Numbered from the stretch's first letter, positions 18,991-30,506 are shown. The stretch: DNA of 64,000 bases from Acholeplasmatales bacterium (GCA_003539625.1 DPOU01000003.1:21590-85589); one strand, 5' to 3'. Notes: generated from the sequence alone by a model not told the origin. Numbers and translations: made by a program.

Positions 18991-20106
18991 TTATACCATT
19001 GTATTCTTACCAAGATAATATGGTATTTTTTCGCAACCAGAAAGTACATTTCTATCACGAATTGTTACATTTTTATCAGTTACTACATAATTTAATGAAA
19101 CGTTAGTACCAGTTATTGTATCTTGCATTAAAATTGAATTTTTAACGACAGTACCTTTTCCTACTTTTACGCCTCTGAATAAAACACTGTTAATAACGGT
19201 ACCTTCAATTTCGCATCCATCGGCAATGAAGCTGTTTTCTACTTTTGCTTCAAATCCATATCTAGTTGGAGCAGAGTCTCTTACTTTGGTATAGATACGA
19301 TGATTACGATCACCAAATAAAGCATCACGATTTTCTTTTTCTAATAATGCCATATTGTATTTAAAGTAATTTTCCATTGAATTTACATGTAAATATATGC
19401 CTTTATGTTCATAACCAAAGATTTTTAAACTCTTGATATTGTTGAATAGAATATCACGGTGGAAAGATTCTAGTCCTTGTGATACCGCATCATCTAGTAA
19501 GCATTGTAATAAGCGTCTATTAATTACCCAAACATTTATACTAGAATTAGTAATTTTACCTACTTTTGATTTAAGATCAGCTTTAATTACACGGCCAGTT
19601 TCATCCATTTTTAAATCCATGTGCGATGCCATATCACTTCCACATTTACCATGGCGATAAATTATTGTAATATCAGCTTGATTAGCAACATGTTGTTCTA
19701 ATACATCATTAAGGTCTATAACATTTGCACTATCACAATCCATCAAAACCACTAAATCTTCTTTATTTTTTTCAATATAACCTCTTATACTAATAAGAGC
19801 TTCTAAGCGGTTTGAATAAAGAGTATCACTCTTATAGCTACCATATGGAGGGAATATTACTAATCCACCATTTCTTCTAGATAAATCCCAATCTTTACCT
19901 GATCCAAGATGATCCATTAATGATTGATAATTTTTTTGGGCTAATATTCCAACATTAACTATATCTGCACTAACTATATTAGAAAGGGCAAAATCGATTA
20001 GACGATATCTTCCACCAAAGGGGATAGAAGCAGATGTTCTTTTTCTTGTTAATTCATCAATTGTTTCATTATGAATGTTAGAAAAAATTATTCCTAATGC
20101 TTTCAT
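18991..20106 (-). CDS. glgD: glucose-1-phosphate adenylyltransferase regulatory subunit GlgD
   Basis: A GlgC paralogue that lacks the GGxGxRL motif and has an LbH C-terminus. The position glgC-glgD-glgA matches Bacillus. Confidence 0.85.
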   Translation of the reverse strand: MKALGIIFSNIHNETIDELTRKRTSASIPFGGRYRLIDFALSNIVSADIVNVGILAQKNYQSLMDHLGSGKDWDLSRRNGGLVIFPPYGSYKSDTLYSNRLEALISIRGYIEKNKEDLVVLMDCDSANVIDLNDVLEQHVANQADITIIYRHGKCGSDMASHMDLKMDETGRVIKADLKSKVGKITNSSINVWVINRRLLQCLLDDAVSQGLESFHRDILFNNIKSLKIFGYEHKGIYLHVNSMENYFKYNMALLEKENRDALFGDRNHRIYTKVRDSAPTRYGFEAKVENSFIADGCEIEGTVINSVLFRGVKVGKGTVVKNSILMQDTITGTNVSLNYVVTDKNVTIRDRNVLSGCEKIPYYLGKNTMV

Positions 20107-20107
20107 G

Positions 20108-21316
20108 TTATTTATCCTCCTTTTCTCTTATGACATCGTGTTCAATGTTAGCTCCAGCTTTTACAATCGCATAATCTTCTATTTTTAATTCTCTACCTAT
20201 TACAGCGATTTCAACTTTATCGGCAATTTCTGAGCCAACTTTTGCGCCTTTTCCAACTATTACTTTTTCATCTATAATACTATAATTTACAACGGCATCT
20301 TCTAGAATTTTTGTTTCCGCAAAAATTACACTATCCTTAACAACTGCACCTTTGGCAATTTCAACATTTGAACCAATTATACTATTGATAACTGTACCAC
20401 TAATTTTAGCACCGTCGGTTATGATAGAATTTTTAATCACTGCACCTTTATCTATATATTGAGGTTCAATTCCAACATTTCTTGAATGGATTTTCCAGAA
20501 TGGATTATAAATATCAAATGCAGGATTATCACCTATTAAATCTTGGTTAGCTTCCCATAAGCTCTTAATTGTACCAACATCTTTCCAATAACCTTTAAAT
20601 GGATATGCTACCATTTTTTCGCCTTTAGCTAACATAGTGGGTATAATATTTTTACCAAAGTCGTTTTGGCTATTAGGATCTAAAGCATCTTCTCTTAAAT
20701 ATTTGAATAGTTTATCTTTTTTAAAAATATAAATTCCCATTGATGCTTTATTACTCTTAGGATTTTTAGGTTTTTCTTCAAATTCAGTAATTACGTTGTT
20801 TTCATCGGTATTCATAATACCAAATCGGCTTGCTTCTTCCATAGGTACTTCAAGAACAGCTATGGTACAATCCGCATTATTCTTTATATGGTTATTTAGC
20901 ATTAAGTTGTAGTCCATTTTATAAATATGATCCCCTGATAATATTAAAACATGTTCTGGATCATAATTTTCAATGAAACTTAAGTTTTGATATATTGCAT
21001 TGGCAGTACCTTTATACCATTCACTACCAGTTTTTGCTTGATATGGTGGTAAGATATGAACGCCGCCATAAGTTCTATCTAAATCCCATGGTTGACCATT
21101 TCCGATGTAATCATTTAAAATCAATGGTTGATATTGTGTTAATACACCTACTGTATCTATATTTGAGTTAACACAATTTGATAGGGTAAAATCTATAATT
21201 CGATATTTTGCCCCAAATGAAACAGCAGGTTTAGCAACTTTCGCGGTAAGAGCATACAAACGGCTTCCTTGACCACCTGCTAGTAGCATAGCTATACATT
21301 TTTTTTGACTATACAT
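20108..21316 (-). CDS. glgC: glucose-1-phosphate adenylyltransferase
   Basis: [13 protein letters not shown] motif and a C-terminal hexapeptide-repeat domain. Confidence 0.95.
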   Translation of the reverse strand: MYSQKKCIAMLLAGGQGSRLYALTAKVAKPAVSFGAKYRIIDFTLSNCVNSNIDTVGVLTQYQPLILNDYIGNGQPWDLDRTYGGVHILPPYQAKTGSEWYKGTANAIYQNLSFIENYDPEHVLILSGDHIYKMDYNLMLNNHIKNNADCTIAVLEVPMEEASRFGIMNTDENNVITEFEEKPKNPKSNKASMGIYIFKKDKLFKYLREDALDPNSQNDFGKNIIPTMLAKGEKMVAYPFKGYWKDVGTIKSLWEANQDLIGDNPAFDIYNPFWKIHSRNVGIEPQYIDKGAVIKNSIITDGAKISGTVINSIIGSNVEIAKGAVVKDSVIFAETKILEDAVVNYSIIDEKVIVGKGAKVGSEIADKVEIAVIGRELKIEDYAIVKAGANIEHDVIREKEDK

Positions 21317-23156
21317 AATTTTTTACCTTCCTTAATATTATTCCTGTACTATTATATAATTTTATTCTTAAACAACCATCTTTTACTTGATAAGTAGTTT
21401 TCTTTAGATTAGTATATCCACCATAAATTTTATCTGATGATGCTAAAACGACTTCATATTCGCCATTATCAAATGGCATTATATAATCATTCCAATCACA
21501 ATAAGCAAAATTGATTATTACATCTAGGCTTTCACCTTTATTGTCAATACGTTTATACGCTAAAACGTTATGATCTGCATCATTAACCATTAACCAGTTA
21601 AATCCCTCCCAATTTACCTCATTTTGATATAAGGCAGGATTTTTTTTATATAATTTATTTAAATCTCTTACGTAATTTTGCAATCCTTGGTGTAATGGAT
21701 ATTCTAATACTGACCAGTCTAATTCTCTTGATTCTGACCATTCTCTAAATTGGCCAATTTCTCCACCCATAAATAGTAGCTTTTTACCTGGATGAGTCAT
21801 CATATATGTGTAATAAGTCTTTAAACTTGCAAATTTTTGTTCATACTCACCTGGCATTTTATTAATCATTGAACCCTTCATATGAACAACTTCATCATGC
21901 GATAAAGGCAATATATAATGTTCACTGAATATATAGGTCATTTGAAAAGTTAATTCATTGTGGTGATATTTACGATACAATGGATCCGTTTTAATATAAT
22001 CAAGGGTATCATTCATCCACCCCATATTCCACTTATAATCAAATTCCAGGCCACCATCTATAGCTTTCTCGGTAACTTTAGGATAAGAAGTAGATTCTTC
22101 TGCTATCATTAAAACACCTGGATAATAGTTGTGAACCATTGAGTTAACTTTTTGCAAAAATGCTACTGCTTCTAAATTAATATTTGTTCCTAAATTATTT
22201 TTATGCCATTTTCCTTCACTTCTGCCATAATCTAGATACAACATTGATGCCACTGCATCAACTCTTATACCATCGATATGAAATTTATCGAACAAAAACA
22301 TAGCATTTGATACTAAAAAGGATTGGACTTCATTTCTACCATAGTCAAAACATCTAGTCCCCCAACCCTCGTTTTCTTTTCGCATTTCATCACTAGGTTC
22401 GTATGTTGCTTCACCATCAAAATCGATTAAGCCATGACTATCTTTAGTAAAATGGCCTGGTACCCAATCGACAATAACACCAATATTGTTTTGATGGCAA
22501 ATATCAACAAATGCCATAAAATCTTTAGGTGTTCCGTATCTTGATGTTATTGCGTAATATCCTGTAACTTGATATCCCCAAGAAGGGTCATACGGGTACT
22601 CAGCTATTGGCATTACTTCAATATGCGTGTATCCCATTTTCTTTACATATTCGCATAATTCAATAGCAAGTTTTTTGTAATCAAAAAATTCTCCATTCTC
22701 GTATCTTCGCCAAGATCCTAAATGAACTTCATAGATGTTAATAGGCTGGTCTAAAGCTTGTTTTTTTATGCGTCTTTTCATCCACTTAGCATCACTAAAT
22801 TCAAAGCCTTCTAGATTATATACTTTTGATGATTTTTCTGGTCTTAATTCACAATGAAATCCATATGGGTCACTTTTAAATAATAATTCATTATCGTTAG
22901 TTAAAATAGCATATTGATAGCAATCGAATTCTTTTATTCCTTCAATGATTGTTTCATATAAGCCTTCATTAGTAATCTTTTTCATTACATTTTTGGTTGT
23001 ATCCCAATTATTAAATTCGCCAACCACCGATACAATTTTTGCATGAGGGGCATATACACGAAAGATTGTATAATCATTGTGATAATGTGCACCCATCAAT
23101 TCATATGCACGATAGTTAGTTCCTTGGTGGAAATAGTAAATGCCTTTTTCTTCCAT
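21309..23156 (-). CDS. glgB: 1,4-alpha-glucan branching enzyme
   Basis: GH13 motifs [17 protein letters not shown] and DWVPGHF. Confidence 0.95.
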   Translation of the reverse strand: MEEKGIYYFHQGTNYRAYELMGAHYHNDYTIFRVYAPHAKIVSVVGEFNNWDTTKNVMKKITNEGLYETIIEGIKEFDCYQYAILTNDNELLFKSDPYGFHCELRPEKSSKVYNLEGFEFSDAKWMKRRIKKQALDQPINIYEVHLGSWRRYENGEFFDYKKLAIELCEYVKKMGYTHIEVMPIAEYPYDPSWGYQVTGYYAITSRYGTPKDFMAFVDICHQNNIGVIVDWVPGHFTKDSHGLIDFDGEATYEPSDEMRKENEGWGTRCFDYGRNEVQSFLVSNAMFLFDKFHIDGIRVDAVASMLYLDYGRSEGKWHKNNLGTNINLEAVAFLQKVNSMVHNYYPGVLMIAEESTSYPKVTEKAIDGGLEFDYKWNMGWMNDTLDYIKTDPLYRKYHHNELTFQMTYIFSEHYILPLSHDEVVHMKGSMINKMPGEYEQKFASLKTYYTYMMTHPGKKLLFMGGEIGQFREWSESRELDWSVLEYPLHQGLQNYVRDLNKLYKKNPALYQNEVNWEGFNWLMVNDADHNVLAYKRIDNKGESLDVIINFAYCDWNDYIMPFDNGEYEVVLASSDKIYGGYTNLKKTTYQVKDGCLRIKLYNSTGIILRKVKNYV

Positions 23157-23181
23157 TTTATCCCTCCCATACTTTTACCAT

Positions 23182-23210
23182 ATTATACCATATCTTAAAA
23201 TTATATGCAA
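23182..23210 (-). promoter_or_regulatory. sigma-A promoter for the glgBCDAP operon
   Basis: Minus strand has TTGCAT, a 17-nt spacer, then TATAAT with a TGg extended -10. Confidence 0.55.
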
Positions 23211-23286
23211 TTTTTATAAAATTAATTCTTATTAAAGATGGATTTTTTAGGTTCACATAGCTTGTTTACTAGACAATTTTTTCCTA

Positions 23287-23316
23287 ATAAAAAGAAGACA
23301 AAAACCTTGTCTTCTT
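23287..23316 (-). terminator. rho-independent terminator after the cytidylate-kinase-like gene
   Basis: Minus strand reads AAGAAGACAA-ggttt-TTGTCTTCTT followed by TTTATTAGG. Confidence 0.7.
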
Positions 23317-23332
23317 ATATCTTATTAGTTTT

Positions 23333-23944
23333 TTAATTTCCTTTTTTGAACATTTTTGCAATAAGTGGAACTATTTCTTTGATGTTTATATTAGTAGTAT
23401 TAACACAAAGATCGTAGTTTATTTTGTCACTCCACTTTTGACCAGTATAATATTCATAATATTTTGCACGGCCTTTATCTATTTTTAAAATATGTTTTTT
23501 TAATTGCTTTTCAGTATATTGTTCAGATGTTGTACTACGTGCAACACATCGCTTAATACGACTATCTAGATCAGCATAAATGAAAATACGATAAGGTTTC
23601 ATCTCTCTTAAAATATAATCTGCACATCTACCAACAATTACACAATTAGATTTACTAGCTAAATCTTTTATTATTTCGCATTGTGCTTGATAAACTTTTT
23701 GGATTTGATGCATTTGATAATTTTCAGTATAAGACATACTTTGACCTATTGTTATAGGGAATAATGGGTGTGGTGCTGATTCAATTACTTGTTGTACATA
23801 TTCTTCTGATAAAGATGTGTGTTTAGAAATTGCTTCAACAATTTCTTTATCATAGTATTCAAAATGTAATTCTTCAGCAAGACGTCTACCAAATTCTCTT
23901 CCTCCACTACCAAATTCACGACCAATTGTTATTATTGTATTCAT
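23333..23944 (-). CDS. cytidylate kinase-like family protein
   Basis: N-terminal ITIGREFGSGGREFGRRLAEEL is typical of the Cytidylate_kin2-like family. ATG at 23944 is preceded by GGAGG. Confidence 0.6.
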   Translation of the reverse strand: MNTIITIGREFGSGGREFGRRLAEELHFEYYDKEIVEAISKHTSLSEEYVQQVIESAPHPLFPITIGQSMSYTENYQMHQIQKVYQAQCEIIKDLASKSNCVIVGRCADYILREMKPYRIFIYADLDSRIKRCVARSTTSEQYTEKQLKKHILKIDKGRAKYYEYYTGQKWSDKINYDLCVNTTNINIKEIVPLIAKMFKKGN

Positions 23945-23966
23945 ATAAACCTCCATTTTTGATTTA

Positions 23967-24992
23967 TTATTTTATAAACATTGCATCACCGAATGAAAAG
24001 AAACGATACTTTTCTTTTACGGCAGTTTTGTATGCATTTAATATATTGTCTTTACCTGCTAAGGCACTTACAAGCATTATCAAAGTTGATTTTGGTAAAT
24101 GAAAATTAGTAATTAACGCATCTATTGCTTTAAATTCATATGGTGGATAAATAAAGATACTTGTTGCTTCGTTACATTCAACAAATTTACCATATTTTGC
24201 CATTATGCTTTCCAATGTTCTAGTAGATGTTGTACCAACGCTAATGATACGTTTACCTTCTTCTTTTGCTTTATTCAAAGCATCTGCAGTTTCTTTAGTC
24301 ATCTTGTATGTTTCGCTGTGCATATGATGGTCTTCAATTGTTTCACTACTTACTGGTCTAAATGTTCCAAGGCCTACGTTTAAAGTTACATATTCTATTT
24401 GTACCCCTTTTTGTTTGCACTTTTCTAACAATTCTTTAGTAAAATGAAGCCCAGCAGTTGGTGCAGCAGCACTTCCATAATCTTTAGCATAAACCGTTTG
24501 ATAGCGATCTTGATCTTTTAGTTCTTCATGAATATATGGTGGTAAAGGCATTGTTCCGATTTCTTCTAGTATTTCTAAAAATATTCCATGATATTCCATC
24601 TTAAACAAGCGTTCGCCATCTTCGCCTTCTTCAATACATGTTGCGACAAGCAGACCATCTTTAAACGATATTTTTGTACCTACTTTTACACGCCTTGCGG
24701 GACGTGTAAGAGCCTTCCATACATTTGGTTCAACTTCTTTTAGAAGTAAAACTTCGATAAACGCATTAGTATCTACTTTATGGCCATATATCCTAGATGG
24801 CAAAACTTTAGTATCATTTAAAACTAAAACATCATTATCAGTTAAATAATCCAAGATGTCATAAAAGTGTTTATGTTCTATTTCTCCTGTTTTTTTATCA
24901 AGGACTAATAGTCTTGAAGAAGTTCGATCTTCTAAGGGAGTTTGGGCAATTAGTTCTTCGGGCAATTCATAATCAAAATCTGTTACTTTCAA
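23967..24992 (-). CDS. queA: S-adenosylmethionine:tRNA ribosyltransferase-isomerase
   Basis: [17 protein letters not shown]-terminus and [11 protein letters not shown]. Confidence 0.93.
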   Translation of the reverse strand: MKVTDFDYELPEELIAQTPLEDRTSSRLLVLDKKTGEIEHKHFYDILDYLTDNDVLVLNDTKVLPSRIYGHKVDTNAFIEVLLLKEVEPNVWKALTRPARRVKVGTKISFKDGLLVATCIEEGEDGERLFKMEYHGIFLEILEEIGTMPLPPYIHEELKDQDRYQTVYAKDYGSAAAPTAGLHFTKELLEKCKQKGVQIEYVTLNVGLGTFRPVSSETIEDHHMHSETYKMTKETADALNKAKEEGKRIISVGTTSTRTLESIMAKYGKFVECNEATSIFIYPPYEFKAIDALITNFHLPKSTLIMLVSALAGKDNILNAYKTAVKEKYRFFSFGDAMFIK

Positions 24993-25987
24993 AATAACCC
25001 TCCTTTATTGATACCTAAATGTTGATAGGCTTTTTCAGTAGCTACTCTTCCGCGATGAGTTCTAATAATAAATCCTTCTTGCAATAGATATGGTTCGTTA
25101 ACATCTTCAAGCGTTACTGTTTCTTCAGAAATTGTTGCGGCAAGTGCCTCTAATCCTGCTGGACCACCTTTAAAGCGTTCAATCAATCCATATAGATACT
25201 TACGGTCAGTTACGTCTAAACCTGCTTTGTCTATATCAAGTTTATTTAAAGCATAGTCAGTTGTTTTTATAGTTATGTGATCTAAGTGTTCGTATTGGGC
25301 AAAATCACGAATTCTTCTAAATAGGCGATTGGCTATACGAGGAGTTCCTCTAGATCTTCTTGCAAGTTCATAAGTTGCATCATCATCAATTGGAAAATTG
25401 AAAATACGTGATGTTCTTTTTATAATTGTAGCAAGCTCATCTAAATTATAATACTTCAATTGATGAATTATTCCAAATCGATCACGCATTGGGGCAGTTA
25501 AATCACCAAACCTAGTTGTTGCGCCAACCAAAGTAAATGGTGGTAAATCAATTCTAAGCGTTGTAGCGGCAGAATCTTTTCCCATAACTATATCAATCGC
25601 AAAGTCTTCCATTGCTGAATACAAAATTTCTTCAATTACTTTTGGTATGCGATGAATTTCATCAATAAATAAAACATCACCCGGTTCTAATGAAGATAGT
25701 ATTGAGGCAAGATCACCAGGTCTAGAAAGAGCAGGGCCAGTAGTTACTTTTATACCAGTATTCATTTCGTTTGCAATAATATGAGCTAGAGTTGTTTTAC
25801 CTAATCCTGGAGGTCCATATAATAAAACGTGATCTAAACTTTCATTTCGTAATTTTGCCGTGTGGATGAATACGCTCATCATTTCTTTTAGTTCATTTTG
25901 TCCAACATATTCTTTTAATGATTGCGGTCTCAAAGTGCATTCTACTTCATCACCATCAATCATTTTTCTATCCATTACGTTATCCAT
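24989..25987 (-). CDS. ruvB: Holliday junction branch migration helicase RuvB
   Basis: Walker [12 protein letters not shown] and Walker B FIDEIHR. Confidence 0.95.
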   Translation of the reverse strand: MDNVMDRKMIDGDEVECTLRPQSLKEYVGQNELKEMMSVFIHTAKLRNESLDHVLLYGPPGLGKTTLAHIIANEMNTGIKVTTGPALSRPGDLASILSSLEPGDVLFIDEIHRIPKVIEEILYSAMEDFAIDIVMGKDSAATTLRIDLPPFTLVGATTRFGDLTAPMRDRFGIIHQLKYYNLDELATIIKRTSRIFNFPIDDDATYELARRSRGTPRIANRLFRRIRDFAQYEHLDHITIKTTDYALNKLDIDKAGLDVTDRKYLYGLIERFKGGPAGLEALAATISEETVTLEDVNEPYLLQEGFIIRTHRGRVATEKAYQHLGINKGGLF

Positions 25988-26003
25988 TTAATCACCCTTT
26001 CGA

Positions 26004-26032
26004 TTGATTTAATTGTTATTTTATGATATAAT
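26004..26032 (+). promoter_or_regulatory. sigma-A promoter for ruvA
   Basis: TTGATT, a 17-nt spacer, then TATAAT, with GGAGGG as the SD before ATG 26056. Confidence 0.5.
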
Positions 26033-26055
26033 ATCGCTGTATTGGAGGGATTATT

Positions 26056-26628
26056 ATGTATCGTTATTTTAAAGGTCAAATAACTGAAGTTAGAGCTACT
26101 CATATAACATTAGAAGTTAATAACATAGGCTATATGATTAAAGTTTCAAATCCTTATCAGTTTCAAGTATCAGAAGAAACTACCATCTATTTACATTACC
26201 ATATTAGAGAAGATGCTCACGAATTGTATGGTTTTAAGGATGCAACTACTCTAGATATGTTTGAAAGTCTTATAAATGTTAAAGGGCTTGGTCCTAAAGG
26301 TGCCCTTGCAATACTTGCTTCAAGTACACCTAACGAAATTGTTGAGGCTTTGAATAATAGTAATGCGAAATTCTTTAGCAGTTTCCCAGGAATTGGTCCA
26401 AAACTAAGTCAACAAATCATTCTTGATTTAAAAGGCAAGATTAATTTTGATGAAGAATCAGTTGATCAATCAGTTTCTGAAAAGAAAAATAACGTTACAA
26501 TTGCTTTAAAATCATTAGGCTACAATAATGCAGAAATTAAACAAGCATTAAACGGTTTAGATTTAAGTGATGCTGTATCATTAAGCGATGCTGTTAAAAA
26601 TGCATTAAAGGCCCTTAAGAAAAAATAA
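26056..26628 (+). CDS. ruvA: Holliday junction DNA helicase RuvA
   Basis: HhH motifs GLGPKGALAIL and PGIGPKLSQQI, an OB-fold N-terminus and a domain III C-terminus. Confidence 0.9.
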   Translation: MYRYFKGQITEVRATHITLEVNNIGYMIKVSNPYQFQVSEETTIYLHYHIREDAHELYGFKDATTLDMFESLINVKGLGPKGALAILASSTPNEIVEALNNSNAKFFSSFPGIGPKLSQQIILDLKGKINFDEESVDQSVSEKKNNVTIALKSLGYNNAEIKQALNGLDLSDAVSLSDAVKNALKALKKK

Positions 26629-26696
26629 TTTTCATTTATTAGCAATATATAAATAATTATACACTATTTTCTAATTTTTCGCAACAATATTCAAAT

Positions 26697-26730
26697 AAAA
26701 AATGGTTCTTGATGAACCATTTTATTTTTT
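26697..26730. terminator. bidirectional terminator between convergent ruvA and queT
   Basis: AAAAATGGTTC-ttgat-GAACCATTTT is flanked by A-run and T-run tracts on both sides. Confidence 0.7.
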
Positions 26731-27216
26731 TACGGTTTTTTCACTACCTATTAGGTTTAGGAACCATTCATTTTTTCTTAAGCCTAAATATACGAAGTAT
26801 CCAACAACAAGAACCACAAATTCACCGATTGCTACAAAGCCACAAGAGAACCAAAATGGTGATTCAAGTACATAGTATAACTCAGCACCAACAATCAAAG
26901 CATTAAATATTACTGTTAAAGATAGACCTATCTCTATTCTTTTAATAAAGGCAACTGACAATGCTGAGAGTAGTGTTGCAATGGTACCAAAAGTAATATC
27001 ATATACTCCCATTGGACTAAAGCAATTGGCAATAGCACAACCAATAACCAATGAATATACATAATCTTTTCTAAAAAAGCATAGTATAATCAATATTTCA
27101 GCAACTCTAAATTGGATACTATTAAAAGATATCCAAGATAATGCTAGTGTAAGTACTGCATAAAGTGCGGCTACAACCGCAATTCTAATAATTTTTTTTG
27201 TTAAATTTTTTTTCAT
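26722..27216 (-). CDS. queT: queuosine-precursor ECF transporter S component QueT
   Basis: The size is 164 aa with about 5 TM helices. IRIAVVAALYAVLT...IQFRVAEILIIL...GCAIANCFSPMGVYDITFG matches my recollection of the QueT family. Confidence 0.7.
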   Translation of the reverse strand: MKKNLTKKIIRIAVVAALYAVLTLALSWISFNSIQFRVAEILIILCFFRKDYVYSLVIGCAIANCFSPMGVYDITFGTIATLLSALSVAFIKRIEIGLSLTVIFNALIVGAELYYVLESPFWFSCGFVAIGEFVVLVVGYFVYLGLRKNEWFLNLIGSEKTVKK

Positions 27217-27221
27217 TTTTT

Positions 27222-27268
27222 CACCCTTGTTTTTTAAATTTGAGATGGTTATGCAAGGAACATCTCAA
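27222..27268 (-). ncRNA. candidate preQ1-I riboswitch (H-type pseudoknot sequestering the queT SD)
   Basis: Minus-strand RNA reads GAGAUG-UUCCUUGCAUAAC-CAUCUC-AAAUUUAAAAAACAAGGGUG. There is a P1 hairpin and a loop that begins UUC. The loop CCUUG is complementary to the 3' CAAGG that overlaps the SD, and the tail is A-rich. The layout parallels B. subtilis AGAGGUUCUAGCUACACCCUCUAUAAAAAACUAA. Confidence 0.6.
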
Positions 27269-27318
27269 CGTGCAATTATATCACAATTGTTATATTAATT
27301 AAAGTAAATAACTTTGTT

Positions 27319-28695
27319 TTATCCTATTAAAGTCTTAAATAATATCCAAGCTAATCCATAATAAATTGATACCGCAATTATATCATTTAAGGTAGTAATT
27401 AATGGACCTGAAGCAACTGCTGGATCAACTTTACACTTCTTAAATATTACTGGTATTATTGTTCCAGCCGCATTAGCAACAATTATTGAAGCAAGCATAC
27501 TAATTCCAATTGATGTTGCAATTTTAAGATTGTAAATCATTCCTGCATCTTTTGATTTTACAAACATTAGGAATAATAGTACAACGCAAAAGCTTATTGA
27601 GCCAATAATTAACCCGTTTAAAAGGCCTACTTTAAGTTCTTTTAATATCAATTTAGCAACATCCTTTTTAGTTGTTTGCTCATTTGAAATTACTCTTATT
27701 GTTACCGCAAGTGATTGAGTACCAGTATTACCTGCCATGTCCAATATTAATGATTGGAAAAATACCAACAATGGTAACGCATCTACAACAGGCTCAAATC
27801 CTGATATGATTAGCGATGTCATAAGCCCAAGTCCTAATAAGATAAATAGCCAAGGCATTCTTTTACCAATTGATTTGAAAACCGATTCATCTAAATCATC
27901 TTCACTTGATAAACCACCAAGTTTTGCGTAGTCGTCGCCCATTTCATCACGTACAGCTTCTACAATATCATCGCTTGTAATTACGCCAATTAAGTGGTCA
28001 TTATCATCGACTACAGGTATAGAGTCAAGTGCATAGTCTTTAATTTTACCTAAACAATCACTAACTAATTCAGTAGCTTTTAAATAAGGATAAGATGTTT
28101 TTATTAAATCATCTAAGTTACTGCCATCACGAGCAATGATTAAATCTCTTAAATCCATAGCTCCATAAAAAGTATCTTCATCATCAACAAAATACAAAAT
28201 TGATACATTATCATTGGTAGCAGCTTCATTAACCATCGTTTTCATAGCTTTTTTTACTGTAGCATAACGAGAAATTGCAATATAATTCGTAGTCATTTTA
28301 CTACCAATCATATCATCACTATATGAACTAATTAATTTGATATCATCAGCTGCTTCTTTATCCATCAAATCGATTAATTCTTTTCGGTCACTTTCTTCCA
28401 TTTCTTCCAAAATGTCAATGGCATCATCCGTGTCCATTTTTTCTAGAATATCAGCTGCCGCATCATTTGACATTTCATCCAAATATTCAGTTGGTTCATC
28501 AAGATAACTAAATATATCTGAAATAGTATCTTGGTCTAAAATTTTATATAGTTTTAATCTTTCATCTTTTGAAAGTAGAGGAAATATTTTCGCAATATCA
28601 TTTTCATGGTAATTAAGTAATTCTTCTTTAATGTAATCATTACCTTTATTACTTCTTATTATTGCTAATATTTCATTGATGTAATTTTGATTCAT
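27319..28695 (-). CDS. mgtE: magnesium transporter MgtE
   Basis: MgtE N-domain, tandem CBS domains and a TM domain with DMAGNTGTQS. Confidence 0.93.
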   Translation of the reverse strand: MNQNYINEILAIIRSNKGNDYIKEELLNYHENDIAKIFPLLSKDERLKLYKILDQDTISDIFSYLDEPTEYLDEMSNDAAADILEKMDTDDAIDILEEMEESDRKELIDLMDKEAADDIKLISSYSDDMIGSKMTTNYIAISRYATVKKAMKTMVNEAATNDNVSILYFVDDEDTFYGAMDLRDLIIARDGSNLDDLIKTSYPYLKATELVSDCLGKIKDYALDSIPVVDDNDHLIGVITSDDIVEAVRDEMGDDYAKLGGLSSEDDLDESVFKSIGKRMPWLFILLGLGLMTSLIISGFEPVVDALPLLVFFQSLILDMAGNTGTQSLAVTIRVISNEQTTKKDVAKLILKELKVGLLNGLIIGSISFCVVLLFLMFVKSKDAGMIYNLKIATSIGISMLASIIVANAAGTIIPVIFKKCKVDPAVASGPLITTLNDIIAVSIYYGLAWILFKTLIG

Positions 28696-28763
28696 AATGT
28701 TTACCTCCTAAATGTAAAAGTAGCCCGTTAACACTGGCTACCTTCTCATTTTTCAAGTATTAA

Positions 28764-30173
28764 TTAAAATCTAAATCCACCTTTATTTTTCCCCTTGCCT
28801 TTTTTAGGCTTAGCAGCCTTCATCTGTGGCATAGGTGCTTGCCCTTTTGAAACCTTTTCCATTTGTTCTTCATCCATACTCATAATTGATTTCATTTGAG
28901 TTCGCATTGTTTCAAATTGTTTTGTTAATTGATTAATTTCTTGGTAGCTTCTACCACTACCATTTGCTATTCTACTCTTACGAGCATGGCTCTTATTAAC
29001 TAGATCAGGATTATTTCTTTCTTCCTTGGTCATTGATCCAATTATTGCCTCAATATATACAAAACGTTTTTCATCAAAATCAATATTTTTAATTTGTGAT
29101 CCGATACCTGGTATTAAACCCAGTAGGTTTTTCATTGAACCCATTTTTTTGACTTTACGAATTTGGCTTAAGAAATCATTGTATGTGAAACGACCAGTTT
29201 GAAATTTTTCAGCCATTTTCATTGCTTCTTCTTCATCAAAAGATTGTTGGGCTTTTTCAATAAATGTTAATACATCACCCATTCCAAGTATTCTCTTGGC
29301 CATTCTTTCAGGATGGAATACATCAATTTCATCCATTTTTTCACCAATACCAGTAAATTTAATTGGAATTTGAGTCATATAACGAATAGATAAAGCCGCA
29401 CCACCACGGGTATCACTATCTAATTTAGTTAATAAACATCCAGTAACATCTAGCTTTTCATGAAATTTTGTTGCAACGTTAACGGCATCTTGACCAGTCA
29501 TCGCATCAACTGTAAGTAAGATTTCATCAGGGTTTACGATGTCTTTGATTTCAACTAATTCTTGCATTAATGCTTCATCAATGGCAAGACGACCAGCTGT
29601 ATCAATTAAGACTACATTATAACCTTTTTCTTTAGCATATTCTAAACCCTTTTTAGCTATTACTTGGGGTTTAGTAAGTATTCCCATTTCGAATACTTCA
29701 ATGTCAAGTTGTTTACCAATCGTAACTAATTGATTGATTGCGGCGGGACGATATACGTCTGCAGCAACCATCAATGGTTTAAGTTTATAATTTTTTCTTA
29801 AATAGTTAGCCAATTTCCCTACATGGGTAGTTTTACCACTACCTTGTAAACCGACCACAAGTATAACACTTATACCAGATTTTTTTAGATTCAGTGGAAC
29901 CGCTTCTTCTCCCATTAGCTTAACTAATTCTTCATATACAATTTTAACAACTTGATCGCCTGGTGTTAAAGATTTCATTACTCTTTCACCAAGGGCTTTT
30001 TCTTTTACTTCACTTATAAATTGTTTTACTATTTTATAGTTTACGTCAGCTTCTAGTAATGATACACGAATTTCGCGCATTGCATCATCGATATCTTTTT
30101 CATTTACTTTTCCACGACCAGTTAATTTACGTAGTGAATATTGGATTTTCTCGGACAGACTCTCAAACGGCAT
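28764..30173 (-). CDS. ffh: signal recognition particle protein Ffh
   Basis: GLQGSGKTT, DTAGR and a Met-rich M domain. Confidence 0.95.
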   Translation of the reverse strand: MPFESLSEKIQYSLRKLTGRGKVNEKDIDDAMREIRVSLLEADVNYKIVKQFISEVKEKALGERVMKSLTPGDQVVKIVYEELVKLMGEEAVPLNLKKSGISVILVVGLQGSGKTTHVGKLANYLRKNYKLKPLMVAADVYRPAAINQLVTIGKQLDIEVFEMGILTKPQVIAKKGLEYAKEKGYNVVLIDTAGRLAIDEALMQELVEIKDIVNPDEILLTVDAMTGQDAVNVATKFHEKLDVTGCLLTKLDSDTRGGAALSIRYMTQIPIKFTGIGEKMDEIDVFHPERMAKRILGMGDVLTFIEKAQQSFDEEEAMKMAEKFQTGRFTYNDFLSQIRKVKKMGSMKNLLGLIPGIGSQIKNIDFDEKRFVYIEAIIGSMTKEERNNPDLVNKSHARKSRIANGSGRSYQEINQLTKQFETMRTQMKSIMSMDEEQMEKVSKGQAPMPQMKAAKPKKGKGKNKGGFRF

Positions 30174-30179
30174 ACCTAA

Positions 30180-30506
30180 TTATTCCATCTCCTTTACTTG
30201 TTGTAAAATTTCAAGACCAGCTTGATCAACGTGTTCTTTTAATTCATTTAATTTTTGATTTATAACTTTACTTTTTTTGTGAAGTTCTAACTTTGTTTCA
30301 TAATCTTCTAAATTGTGTTCAACTTTTTTAAGTATATCCCATATAGCATTGCGACTTACATTTAAGTTATCTGCTATTTCAGACAAACTATAGTCATTAA
30401 AATAATAATCTTCGAAGATATTGCATTGTTTTTCTGTTAATAATTTTTGATAATAATCATATAAGCTACTATAGTATACTTTTTTATCTATTTGGTTATT
30501 CGCCAT
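30180..30506 (-). CDS. ylxM: YlxM/p13-like putative DNA-binding protein
   Basis: An HTH-containing protein of about 108 aa between ftsY and ffh (LSLSEIADNLNVSRNAIWD). The start was re-assigned to MANNQIDKK. Confidence 0.75.
   Translation of the reverse strand: MANNQIDKKVYYSSLYDYYQKLLTEKQCNIFEDYYFNDYSLSEIADNLNVSRNAIWDILKKVEHNLEDYETKLELHKKSKVINQKLNELKEHVDQAGLEILQQVKEME

Noticed and set aside
25988-26055. SOS (LexA) box in the ruvA/ruvB divergent region
   Set aside because: No CGAAC-N4-GTTCG-like Firmicute LexA site is present in the 68-bp spacer.
28696-28763. M-box (Mg2+) riboswitch upstream of mgtE
   Set aside because: Only 68 nt separate ffh and mgtE, mostly taken up by a 6-bp hairpin (GTAGCC…GGCTAC) with a short T-tract. 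An M-box aptamer needs about 160 nt.
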